Positions 24,901 to 31,694 of a stretch of 64,000 nucleotides of DNA are shown here, piece by piece (positions within the stretch are counted from its first letter, which is position 1; each line of letters starts with the position of its first letter). Location: positions 3,700 to 67,699 of the forward strand of contig JAZQKU010000075.1 of assembly GCA_045542315.1 (NCBI GenBank), written 5' to 3'. The position numbers were made by a program, and so were the translations under genes. This DNA is from Eubacteriales bacterium. GTDB lineage: Bacteria; Bacillota; Clostridia; Oscillospirales; RGIG5299. Below the pieces are notes generated by a model. The model worked only from the letters and a program-made list of their open reading frames with translations, made no database searches and was not told where the DNA came from.

Positions 24901-27367
24901 AGCACTAACATATATACGCAATTATGGAACGTTAATTTGTGAAAAAAATGTAAGTTTTGAAGAAAATTTGGGGCTATATAGACCTTATGAAGATTCAAAA
25001 ATAATTGTAAAGGGTAATTTGAGCATAGGTGACGGTATTTATGTTTATTACGGCACAATAGAATTTGCGGGAACCGAGCAACAAGAAATATATTTGCCTA
25101 AAGCACACAATGTCGAAGTTACAAATCCCAAGGGTATAAAGTATTTGACAGATTTAAGGTTGTATGGAGAATATAACCTTAATGGAAATCCATTACATTC
25201 AAATGGATTTTATACCATTTTGGAGCGGGCGCAATATTCCAAATTAGATGGTTCGGATTTTCAAGAAGTTATAATCAACAGCTATTATGATTTTATACTG
25301 GATTTTAATATTAAAGGCAATGTATATATTGCGAATAACATCACTGTAAATATTCCCGAGGAGGCTACTGTAGAAATTGACGGAAATATTACAATTGGAG
25401 ATGACTACGCCAGCACAGCACGTTTAATTAACGAAGGAACATTAATTTGTACAGGAAATATACATGACGACGGGTATGGAAGATTTTCTCAATCCGAAGA
25501 CAGTAGGTTGATTTTCAAGGGCAAAGAGTTGTCAATTGCGATAGGTGAGGGTACTATAGAATTTGCAGGAACCGAACAACAGCATATATACGGTTTTACA
25601 TATTTTGATAATATTGAAGTTACAAATCCAAATGGCATAAAGTACCACGGTCAGGTACGTGTGTCCGGGAAATACAACCTCAATGGTAACCCGTTAGATG
25701 TTAATGTCTACAATACTTTTTTACACAAAGGAGCTGATTTGGATGATTCGGAATTTCAAAGAGTTTATTTAGACGATGGGTATATAGTAAAAAATAGTAT
25801 AAATGCCGATATATATGTAACGTGTCCAGATAATGGTGCATTTATTGAATTCACAAACAGTGACAACCATAATATTATTATTAATGGAAATTTGTGTGTA
25901 CATAACGATTATGATTATTCAAGTAATCGTTACCCTATCAACATATATATTTCCGCAGAGACCACAGTAACGATCAATGGAAGTATTATGATTGATGGTG
26001 AATTTGGAAACACTTATGTAAACAATTATGGAACATTGATTTGTGAGCAAAATATCGCTTTCAAGAATAACGTCAAATATATACCATCCGCAGAATCTAA
26101 ATTGATATTAAAAGGGGATTTGAATTTTGGCTCAAATAACTATCAACACATCACCAGTGGCATAATAGAATTTGCAGGAACAGAGAAACAAGAGGCGAAC
26201 TTGGATTCAGCGAATATTGTTGAAATAAGTAATGCATCCAATGAAGGCGTAGTTTTTACCTCGAAAATTTCTGTTTATGAACTTTTCGACCACAAGGGCA
26301 ACAATTTCACCCTCTATAACAACGGCTCAGGTTCAACTTTTGTGGATTACGACGGCGACGGTATGCTTGATAATGTAGATCCGTATCCCACAATTGATAA
26401 TCACAAGCACGATTACGCCAACCAAGGCGCTTGCACCATTTGCGGAGCATATAGAGCAAAGTTTTCAGGTGCATCACTTACGCTTGAGGATAATATTGCA
26501 GTTAACTTTAAGGTTGATCCCAAACAATTCGAAGGAACCGAATACAGCAATCCCTACGTTGTATTTACCTTCAACGGAAATCAATTCACAGTAACAGATT
26601 ACACTATTGATTCAAATGGACGATATGCGTTTACATTCAGCGATATTGCACCGCGTATGATGAATGATTCCGTCGTTGCCACATTGTATGTCATATACAA
26701 CGGAGAACCGGTTGAATGTCAAACAAGAAGCTACAGCGTTAAAGAGTATTGCTATAATATGCTCTCTCGCTGCAACGAAGGTGGCGTATATGCCAACAAC
26801 GAAAAGTTTAAGGCATTGCTCGTGGACTTGCTTAACTACGGAGAAGCAGCTCAAATTTACGGCAATTATAACACCGATACACTTGTAACGGCAGATCTGA
26901 CCGAAACGCAAAAAGGTTGGGCAACAGATGCAAAACCGAATTTATCCACAGTCCAGAGTTTGACGTATAAAACAATCGAAAATCCCTCTGTAACTTGGAA
27001 AGCAGGCGGCTTGTTGCTCGAAGACGCGGTAACAATGAGGTTTAAATTTGCTACAGATTCCGTGGATGGCTTAACTGTAAAATTCTATACCGATAGTAAC
27101 CCCACCGGCTGGACGGTTGATGATAGCGAATTCGTTGAAACGACGGGTGGATATTATGTTTACTTTGACGGTTTAAAAGCTCGTCAAATGCGAGAAACTG
27201 TTTATATAACTGTTTATCGTGGCGACACTGCAGTTAGCAATACGGTCAGCTATAGCATTGAGTCTTATGCATATGCGAAACAAAACGATTCAAATGAGAA
27301 TTTGACGGCGTTATTGGAAGCAATGATGAAATACGGAGACTCGGCAGATAACTATATAAATGGATAA
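18935..27367 (+). CDS. giant secreted multi-repeat surface protein (BspA-type LRR, GLUG-like region, nine Ig-like repeats, helical region, three large repeats, duplicated C-terminal domain)
   Basis: 2810-aa ORF with RBS GGAGG and an N-terminal signal peptide. The LRR consensus is IPDSVTTIGxxAFxxCxNLxSITI. GGIVG/GGIAG/GGIIG motifs are present. There are nine copies of LTSIxVTTKPTKLTYLEGExFDxTGMVVTAYYxNG...GTKTITVxYxGKT. No LPxTG motif, SLH domain or C-terminal TM segment is visible. Confidence 0.9.
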   Translation: MQFWKNLRRLISFLLCIVMISTMLPMGIFTVSAETTDGDYIYTVSNGEAIIIGYNSISGSVVIPSTLGGYPVTAIGEYAFESCWGLEGIIIPDSITIIGDYAFSYCGDLASVILGNSVITIGDSAFSDCWELKNITIPDSVITIDDYAFAYCSNLQSVTLGKSVATIGSGAFSSCDGLESITIPDSVITIGNSAFRNCYNLESIIIPDSVTTIGSYAFASCSNLENITVDNNNNYYSSFDGVLFNKDKTTLLSYPKGNKATSYTIPNSVTTIEDEAFSNCDNLNNIIIPDSVTTIADRALSYCDNLRSVTIFNGVITIGNSAFRNCYNLESIIIPDSVTTIGSYAFASCTNLDSVTLGKGVEIIGSSAFSNCDTLQNITIDNNNNYYSSIDGSLFDKDKTTLISYLASNTATSYTIPNSVVAIGDSAFSGCENLESITIPNSVVTIGRYAFENCSNLESVTILNSAINIGHGAFDGCSNLKSISKPADTDEFAGGCGTETDPYLIVTEEHLDNVRDYLYAHFKMIADIEFADSINWEPIGDDYKPFTGTFDGNGCKIKNLYIYTEYTGGSGVGLFGYIKEGTVKNLGLENGNITATEEEWSSLPGGGMGVGRDPTVYVGSIAGIVEKGTITNCYNTGNVSGLNPADPYTGGIVGDLYGGTISDCYNTGNITGEGWATGGIAGTASGTITNCYNVGNVSATSTYEFYVGGIIGSASGTVSNCYYLDNISVGVGNGTDTCTKCSCEEMQHQSTFVGFDFNEVWVINSNIKYKFPQLQNNPYIVELLSIEITVKPTKLTYIEGEPIDPTGMVVTAYYNNNTSKIVTDYAVSGSTANPGTSTITITYGGKTATFNVTVETKQLTSIAVTTKPTKFTYLEGESFDKTGMVVTAYYSNGTSEIITDYAVSGYDSNPGTYTITITHGGKTATFNVTVDAKRLTSIAVTTKPNKLTYFEGENFDATGLVVTAYYNNNSSEVINNYTISGYDSTIGKKDIAVTYNGRVYYFSVEVIPIEIKFIKVTTEPSKLTYVVGEDFDATGMVVTAYYNNGASEVITDYTISSDPFSVVGTYMITITYRDKTDILIATVIPVELISIKVTTKPNQLTYHEGEAFKTTGMVVTAYYNNGTSEVITDYTVSGYNSDSGTNSITVAYCGKTDSFELEVIPLTSIEVATKPTKLIYLEGDNLSTSGMVVVAYYSDGYSIKISGANIPYGFYTVSGYTSTPGTKTITVAYCGKTDSFEVEVSPITSITVGRPNKLTYLEGEDFDATGMEIYVYCANLQLPGDTVRNYYISTTDYTINGYTSTPGIKTITITCWGKTDSFEVEVLPLTSIEVTTKPTKLTYLEGEDFDATGMVVTAYYNNYIPVVITDYIVDGYDSESGTKNITVTFNGKTDSFKVDVSPEGLTSIAVAKKPSKRTYLEGESFDATDMVVVAYYSDGYFERITDYTVSGYTSKPGTKTITVKFNGKTDSFSVVVNDKVPSTKVYYSDIFYGYDASYLSNDVGLKMHYSDTHIIERIYNEYAASNQSFWTQFETALDASLPVFKLDFRQYAMLMSDTFGGTDYIYQKSLDSANLVFAQNIFKSYRGAVLSEDADTFGAAKKLYKRVESLLKVYDTFEKNYDVYEMTDYEVFYEMFEYVKGQGIFVFVGSANITKIEEVVLKDVKKYMDMFDKAATAAEVAQAILIAAMMEDVRMEIVDEVLAAAPTDSVIYDGMSRLKKQLSGGFVTYFAENYLKEVFLDTLVKGITKPIVDTIREEHGTYALCVDALSVASWVFFDRIFDIPDLGEMTTQKVLGDYVNGFHEILKSKCNAFNEQFTVDDISKFEALFDGYIAATNAALEESKKFQLPSNEEDLLIATVLWQNYDYDDYINDIIKEIENTPVSERKIKFFEEWDYNLGDKFRVASDTIEKNSIYMFNGDFLANMYISFIVYDDIFTIFADETTQISIKGDLNVYNPYNGYIYTDDGHYNLFITIPEGKTLRIGGNFTVGGAKALTYIRNYGTLICEKNVSFEENLGLYRPYEDSKIIVKGNLSIGDGIYVYYGTIEFAGTEQQEIYLPKAHNVEVTNPKGIKYLTDLRLYGEYNLNGNPLHSNGFYTILERAQYSKLDGSDFQEVIINSYYDFILDFNIKGNVYIANNITVNIPEEATVEIDGNITIGDDYASTARLINEGTLICTGNIHDDGYGRFSQSEDSRLIFKGKELSIAIGEGTIEFAGTEQQHIYGFTYFDNIEVTNPNGIKYHGQVRVSGKYNLNGNPLDVNVYNTFLHKGADLDDSEFQRVYLDDGYIVKNSINADIYVTCPDNGAFIEFTNSDNHNIIINGNLCVHNDYDYSSNRYPINIYISAETTVTINGSIMIDGEFGNTYVNNYGTLICEQNIAFKNNVKYIPSAESKLILKGDLNFGSNNYQHITSGIIEFAGTEKQEANLDSANIVEISNASNEGVVFTSKISVYELFDHKGNNFTLYNNGSGSTFVDYDGDGMLDNVDPYPTIDNHKHDYANQGACTICGAYRAKFSGASLTLEDNIAVNFKVDPKQFEGTEYSNPYVVFTFNGNQFTVTDYTIDSNGRYAFTFSDIAPRMMNDSVVATLYVIYNGEPVECQTRSYSVKEYCYNMLSRCNEGGVYANNEKFKALLVDLLNYGEAAQIYGNYNTDTLVTADLTETQKGWATDAKPNLSTVQSLTYKTIENPSVTWKAGGLLLEDAVTMRFKFATDSVDGLTVKFYTDSNPTGWTVDDSEFVETTGGYYVYFDGLKARQMRETVYITVYRGDTAVSNTVSYSIESYAYAKQNDSNENLTALLEAMMKYGDSADNYING
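19491..19981 (+). repeat. two perfect 107-bp direct copies inside the LRR-coding region (19491-19597 and 19875-19981)
   Basis: gcgttataactataggcaattctgcatttaggaattgttataaccttgagagtattataattccagatagcgttacgactataggcagttatgcatttgctagttgc occurs identically twice, offset by 384 bp (128 codons). Confidence 0.9.
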
Positions 27368-27386
27368 TTAGGAAAGGAGAAAGATT

Positions 27387-27515
27387 ATGAAAAACTACAA
27401 AGCACCGGAAGTGGAAATTAATATTTTCGATATAGAAGATATTATTACAGTCAGCTCAACCGGTTCGGGAACAAGCTCAAACCCGGACGAGTTACCTGAT
27501 GATGAGTGGGAATAA
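27387..27515 (+). CDS. 42-aa acidic peptide gene, unannotated (below the ORF-track cutoff)
   Basis: The RBS AGGAAAGGAGA lies 20 nt after the giant-gene stop. The peptide is MKNYKAPEVEINIFDIEDIITVSSTGSGTSSNPDELPDDEWE. A strong terminator follows. Confidence 0.6.
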   Translation: MKNYKAPEVEINIFDIEDIITVSSTGSGTSSNPDELPDDEWE

Positions 27516-27555
27516 GGTTTTAGCAAAAAGAAAAAATAAGCTTTAAGCAATAAAT

Positions 27556-27595
27556 AAACTCCCGAAATTCATAATGAATCTCGGGAGTTTTTCTT
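27556..27595. terminator. bidirectional terminator between convergent genes
   Basis: aaactcccga ... tcgggagttt is a 10-bp stem, followed by a T-run and preceded by an A-rich stretch. Confidence 0.8.
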
Positions 27596-27624
27596 GCGTC
27601 ATTATTAAAATTTATATTTTTCTA

Positions 27625-28803
27625 TCAATCTACTTTTTCATATATATACGGTGTAGAAAAATATCTGCGGCGGTGGCCTTCTAATACTTCTTCTAACGAG
27701 TCTGTGTCAATTTCAATAGATAAATCCTCATGAGCTATGTTGTTTGTGCCATCAGGAAAAACAACAAGATTATTATAGTTTTTTTCTTTATACGTCACAT
27801 CTCCTGTATATTCCAAAGAAAGATAAACTTTATCATCAAAAGCACCGTTTTTGTTATAACGATCTGCAGAATAGATAGTTATTAATTTGACTGAAAGATC
27901 GGGATTTTCGGTTGGAGTATAAAAATACGTTCCGACATAAGAAAGAGCTTTGAATTTGGCATCCTCGTTTTCTTCTAACATTGAAAGCTCATTATTTTCA
28001 AAATTAGCCTTAATATCGTCTATTGTAGTTTTTGAAACGTCTTTTGCTGTCATAAATTGGGGCAAACCCGAAACAGTTATTACTTTAACGGTTTCATTGG
28101 GAACAGCGTTAAGCCTTATGGAATCGTCTAAATCATACTCTATCATAACGGTTACTTTATCGCCGTTTTTAAGCTTGTAACTGTTATCTGCTGAAAATCT
28201 GCAAAGCTGTGTAAATGGATTCTCGGAATTATTTATTATTTCTAAACGGGCATAACCACTAACGCCCGTTATTTCAAACTCAACGTCCTTGAAAACGTCT
28301 ATAACCTCGGCTTCGGGTAAATTTTCAACCGTGAACGTTTTACTGCCGCATTTGATCTTAGATGCGGCATCTCCTCTTGCCAAAATTGTAACGGTAACGG
28401 TATCGCCGTTGCTTAAGTTCTCTGTCTTATCGCAGCTGTACGATATTGTGTCGGAATACTCCTCGTATTTCATTTCCCATTTAAAATATTCCTCGAAGTT
28501 CATCTCATTGGGAGCTTCGCCGATAATTTTAGAAATAAGCGCTCTGTCATCAAACGAGACGTAAGCTGTGCCGTAACCGTCGTTACCGTCAAAGGTGACT
28601 TCAACGTAATCAAAGGTGTTTATCTTTGAGGAAACTGCCATTACAATTAAAATCGGTACCAATATAGCCACCGCGATAACGCCGATAATGGTCGCCTTCA
28701 TCGGAGTGGTCCACTTGCTCTCGCCCTGAGCCTTTTTTGCAGCCTCGCAGCTGCATTTTTCAAATAATGGTATCTTGTTACCGCAGTGTTCACAGTATTT
28801 CAT
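27625..28803 (-). CDS. membrane-anchored protein: N-terminal zinc ribbon, one TM helix, repeated extracellular beta-rich domains
   Basis: 392 aa. The N-terminus is MKYCEHCGN...CSCEAAKK, followed by a hydrophobic helix (ATIIGVIAVAILVPILIVMAV). Two similar modules each contain NGDxVTV. Confidence 0.7.
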   Translation of the reverse strand: MKYCEHCGNKIPLFEKCSCEAAKKAQGESKWTTPMKATIIGVIAVAILVPILIVMAVSSKINTFDYVEVTFDGNDGYGTAYVSFDDRALISKIIGEAPNEMNFEEYFKWEMKYEEYSDTISYSCDKTENLSNGDTVTVTILARGDAASKIKCGSKTFTVENLPEAEVIDVFKDVEFEITGVSGYARLEIINNSENPFTQLCRFSADNSYKLKNGDKVTVMIEYDLDDSIRLNAVPNETVKVITVSGLPQFMTAKDVSKTTIDDIKANFENNELSMLEENEDAKFKALSYVGTYFYTPTENPDLSVKLITIYSADRYNKNGAFDDKVYLSLEYTGDVTYKEKNYNNLVVFPDGTNNIAHEDLSIEIDTDSLEEVLEGHRRRYFSTPYIYEKVD

Positions 28804-28814
28804 TGTTATGCCTC

Positions 28815-29018
28815 CTAATTCTTTTTCTTGTATTCGTCAAACTTGAATATAAACGGCTCATAGCCGGGTAGACCGATAATAGCCTCACCTATTTGCAGGC
28901 GGGATATATCCCAATCCTCTACAACGTTGCCTTCACGCTGATTAGAATGCGTATATTCTTTTCCTAAAACATCGCCGCAATGCTTGCAGCGCACCTTACA
29001 AACACGTAAAAATTTCAT
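28815..29018 (-). CDS. 67-aa hypothetical protein (Cys-rich N-terminus)
   Basis: RBS AAGGAG. The gene sits 11 nt upstream of the 392-aa gene, whose own RBS GGAGG lies in that spacer. The N-terminus is MKFLRVCKVRCKHCGDV. Confidence 0.55.
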   Translation of the reverse strand: MKFLRVCKVRCKHCGDVLGKEYTHSNQREGNVVEDWDISRLQIGEAIIGLPGYEPFIFKFDEYKKKN

Positions 29019-29029
29019 TTTTTCTCCTT

Positions 29030-29334
29030 AAAAAACAAAAAAGACGCACTTACCCTCTTTCAAAAATGAAAGAAAGTAAAGTACGTCTTAAATTACATAC
29101 TTTCACAGAAAAGCTGGATCGACTTTTCCGTATACTATCTTTTTGGTTGCTGTTACCGTAGCCTTAATAATGGCCCCGTCCCCTTACGGCGATGAATCTG
29201 CTCTAAGACAGTTTGACCTTGGCGATAACTGATCCGCACAACCGGCGGCTTCCACTTATTACTGAATATATGCCATCTTCCCGGCGCTGGCTCAAGCGCT
29301 ACTTTTCTCGGTTGAGATGACTTCAGTTAATGTT
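29030..29334 (-). promoter_or_regulatory. roughly 300-nt GC-rich structured leader ending in an intrinsic terminator (candidate riboswitch or attenuator, class not recognised)
   Basis: The minus-strand terminator is aagacguacuuuacuuucuuuca-uuuu-ugaaagaggguaagugcgucuu plus UUUUUGUUUUUU (29030-29089), directly before the RBS. The leader is noticeably more GC-rich than the surrounding island and has many local helices. Confidence 0.5.
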
Positions 29335-29340
29335 GCTAAT

Positions 29341-29369
29341 ATTATATTATACCGCACACGTTTTGTCAA
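29341..29369 (-). promoter_or_regulatory. consensus sigma-A promoter (TTGACA-17 nt-TATAAT) on the minus strand
   Basis: tgtcaa at 29364-29369 and attata at 29341-29346 (plus-strand reading), giving a 17-nt spacer. Confidence 0.65.
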
Positions 29370-29491
29370 GTACATTATACCGCATTTGGCTTGTTAATAG
29401 CTACATTATACTTCAAAGGAGTATTGTAAAAAATACCCCCTATAGTTTCTTCTGCTATAGGGGGATTGTTAATATTATAAATTGTTTTTCC

Positions 29492-29523
29492 TTAACTTAA
29501 TGACATTGCCGTTATACGGGGGG
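29492..29523. repeat. right copy of the roughly 30-nt inverted repeat (partner at 16741-16770)
   Basis: The sequence is TTAACTTAATGACATTGCCGTTATACGGGGGG. It lies at the AT-rich/GC-normal transition, 15 nt from the stop of the beta-helix gene. Confidence 0.75.
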
Positions 29524-29537
29524 ATTTTTATTGTTTT

Positions 29538-31694
29538 TTATTTCGAAATAAAGGTTGCGGTGCCGCCCGAATAGTAATAGCCCTTTTGTGCGGGAGCACC
29601 CTGAAGCGCGGCATCGTCCGCGACGGTACGGTCACAGTCAAGACCCTTGATGATATCTCCGAAGTAGGCGATAAACAGGTCGCCGTTTACGGTGATCTCC
29701 TGATTTTTAAGATTTCCCACCGATTCCGAAACGGTAAGCCTTACGGTGTTGTAGTTTATCTTCTCGAGTGCGGTTACGGTGTAGCCCTTAAGGGAGATAT
29801 CCTTTTTGTCGGGGCTTATTGCGAGCATCGGGAAGCAGTCGCCGCCGAAGGTGACGTCAACGGTATGCTCGCCCGATTTTACTGCGGTGGCATTCATATC
29901 GGGAATAAACTGCACGAAATCAAGAGAAATCGAGCCGCCCTTTGCAGAGGGCTTGAATACAAGGAGGATATCGGTCATATTTCCCGCTATCTGACCGTCT
30001 GCAAGGGGAAGAAGATATCCGCCTGCGCCGTTTATTTTTATCTCCTTGCTCTGCGTTACTCCCTCGGAGGTTTTATACTGGCAGTATAAAACGCCCTTGG
30101 CATCATTTGTAACGTTTAAAAGCATCTCATTGTAGCAGTAGCCGTTTATCGGAAGAGTGAGAAGGGCAGCGCCGAGCTTGCCGTCGGCGGTTATCGTTGC
30201 GCTTCCGCCCGAAACGTTAAAGCTTCCGGTGTGGGCCTTGAAACCCTCGCCGTTTCCGTCCTTGTTAAAGGAAAATCTCGTGCGGTATTCGGTGAGATAT
30301 TCGGTGACGTTCCCTGAGATAACGGTGCCGCCGAGATAGCCCTGCTCGCCCAGATTTCCGTAGAACTTCGTCTTGCCGCCGGTTGCTCTTTCGGGGGTGA
30401 AGAAGAAGTTGTCGATCAAGAACATATTGTCCTTGCCGTTTTTATTGTAAAGAATAACGTCGTAGTTATAGCCTGCGTTTTTGGTCCTTCTTAAGTTTCC
30501 GTAAAAGAGGTTACGGGCAAGCGTTACGGAATCGTGCGCCTGAGGATCGGGAAGCTGCATAAAGAGAATGCCGCCCGAATCGTTGTGGTGAAGGACGTTA
30601 TCGACGAAGTTGATGTGATTGCAGGCGTATTCGAAGTCGAAGCCGCAGCCGTCGTTTTCACCGAGATTATATTCGTAGGCAAATTCCGAATTTGAAACGG
30701 TAACGTTATCGACCTCGCCCAAAAAGCTTCCGCAGGTGCCGCCGAAGAAGGTGTAGGTCTCGCTGCCGCCCATAAGCCTTGCTCTGTTTACCGTGATATT
30801 CTTGCAGTTTGAGGAAAAACGGATAATGCCGCCGTAGGAGCCTGTGTTGATAACGTCGTGGATATTTACGTTATCCATTCGGATTCCTTCGATTCCAACC
30901 GTTGCGTTATCCATTACAACGTTACAGATCTCAACGCCGCTGAAGATCTTGGAGCTGTGGCCTGAAAAGCGAATTGCGGTGGCAAGAAGCCATTCGCCGG
31001 CGCCGCCGCCCGTAGGCTCTATTTTGAGATTGTTTCTGTTAAGCTTGGGAAGATTTCCCTTCGGAATGTCGGAAAGCTCGTGCATCTTTTCCACGCTTCC
31101 GCCGTTTGCGGTGGCAAGCAGACGCAAAACCTCGTCGCACCAGATCTCCGCAATATCGCAGTTTCTTATGAGAAGCCCCTCGTTTTCAACCGACATCTCG
31201 GTTCTTACGTAGATGCCGAGGTAGGCGTTTCGGAGGTCAAGCTCCTCAACGGTGATAAAGCGGCTCGGGTTTATCTTTTCATATTCGCTTTCACCGCCGC
31301 CGAAAACGTTTATGTCGGAGATGAGCAGACAGATATCGTCGATGGTGTTATTGAGTCTGATTATCGGCTTGGGTGCCTTTTTGTCGCCGTAAGAGGAAAC
31401 GGTAACGTGATTTTTTTCGTCGCCGCCGCCGTAAATTTCAAGGCGCTCGTTCCATACGTCGCCGCGCTTTAAAAGCACCTTGTCGCCCGGCTTCAAAACG
31501 CGGGTGTTGACGTTTTCAAAGCTTTTCCAGGCGCTCCCCTTCGAGGTGCCGCTGTTTGAGTCGTCACCGCTTGACGAGCTTACGTAATAGGTGGTGCCCA
31601 CGCCGCCGCAAGAGGTCATCATAACAATCACTCCCAAAAACGTTGAAATAAATAAAATGAGGGATAATGCAAGCGAAATAATTTTCTTTTGCAA
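29538..31694 (-). CDS. secreted/lipoprotein-like right-handed parallel beta-helix repeat protein
   Basis: 718 aa. The signal peptide contains MMTSCGG. Repeated short beta-helix-like segments are present (NVTVSNSEF, NINFVDNVLHHN, ICNVVMDNATVGIEG). Composition is host-like. Confidence 0.65.
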   Translation of the reverse strand: MQKKIISLALSLILFISTFLGVIVMMTSCGGVGTTYYVSSSSGDDSNSGTSKGSAWKSFENVNTRVLKPGDKVLLKRGDVWNERLEIYGGGDEKNHVTVSSYGDKKAPKPIIRLNNTIDDICLLISDINVFGGGESEYEKINPSRFITVEELDLRNAYLGIYVRTEMSVENEGLLIRNCDIAEIWCDEVLRLLATANGGSVEKMHELSDIPKGNLPKLNRNNLKIEPTGGGAGEWLLATAIRFSGHSSKIFSGVEICNVVMDNATVGIEGIRMDNVNIHDVINTGSYGGIIRFSSNCKNITVNRARLMGGSETYTFFGGTCGSFLGEVDNVTVSNSEFAYEYNLGENDGCGFDFEYACNHINFVDNVLHHNDSGGILFMQLPDPQAHDSVTLARNLFYGNLRRTKNAGYNYDVILYNKNGKDNMFLIDNFFFTPERATGGKTKFYGNLGEQGYLGGTVISGNVTEYLTEYRTRFSFNKDGNGEGFKAHTGSFNVSGGSATITADGKLGAALLTLPINGYCYNEMLLNVTNDAKGVLYCQYKTSEGVTQSKEIKINGAGGYLLPLADGQIAGNMTDILLVFKPSAKGGSISLDFVQFIPDMNATAVKSGEHTVDVTFGGDCFPMLAISPDKKDISLKGYTVTALEKINYNTVRLTVSESVGNLKNQEITVNGDLFIAYFGDIIKGLDCDRTVADDAALQGAPAQKGYYYSGGTATFISK

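Noticed and set aside
29090-29334. Assigning the GC-rich leader to a known RNA family (SRP RNA, tmRNA, glmS, THF, cobalamin, T-box, group II intron domain).
   Set aside because: None of the hallmark core sequences I can recall is present. It is left as an unclassified leader rather than named.
18566-29411. Recurrence of tacattatac at 18567, 29371 and 29402, and shared caaatgc...tataat strings near two minus-strand promoters.
   Set aside because: These are short AT-rich words overlapping -10-like boxes. The similarity is too short and too low in complexity to claim a shared element without a genome-wide count.
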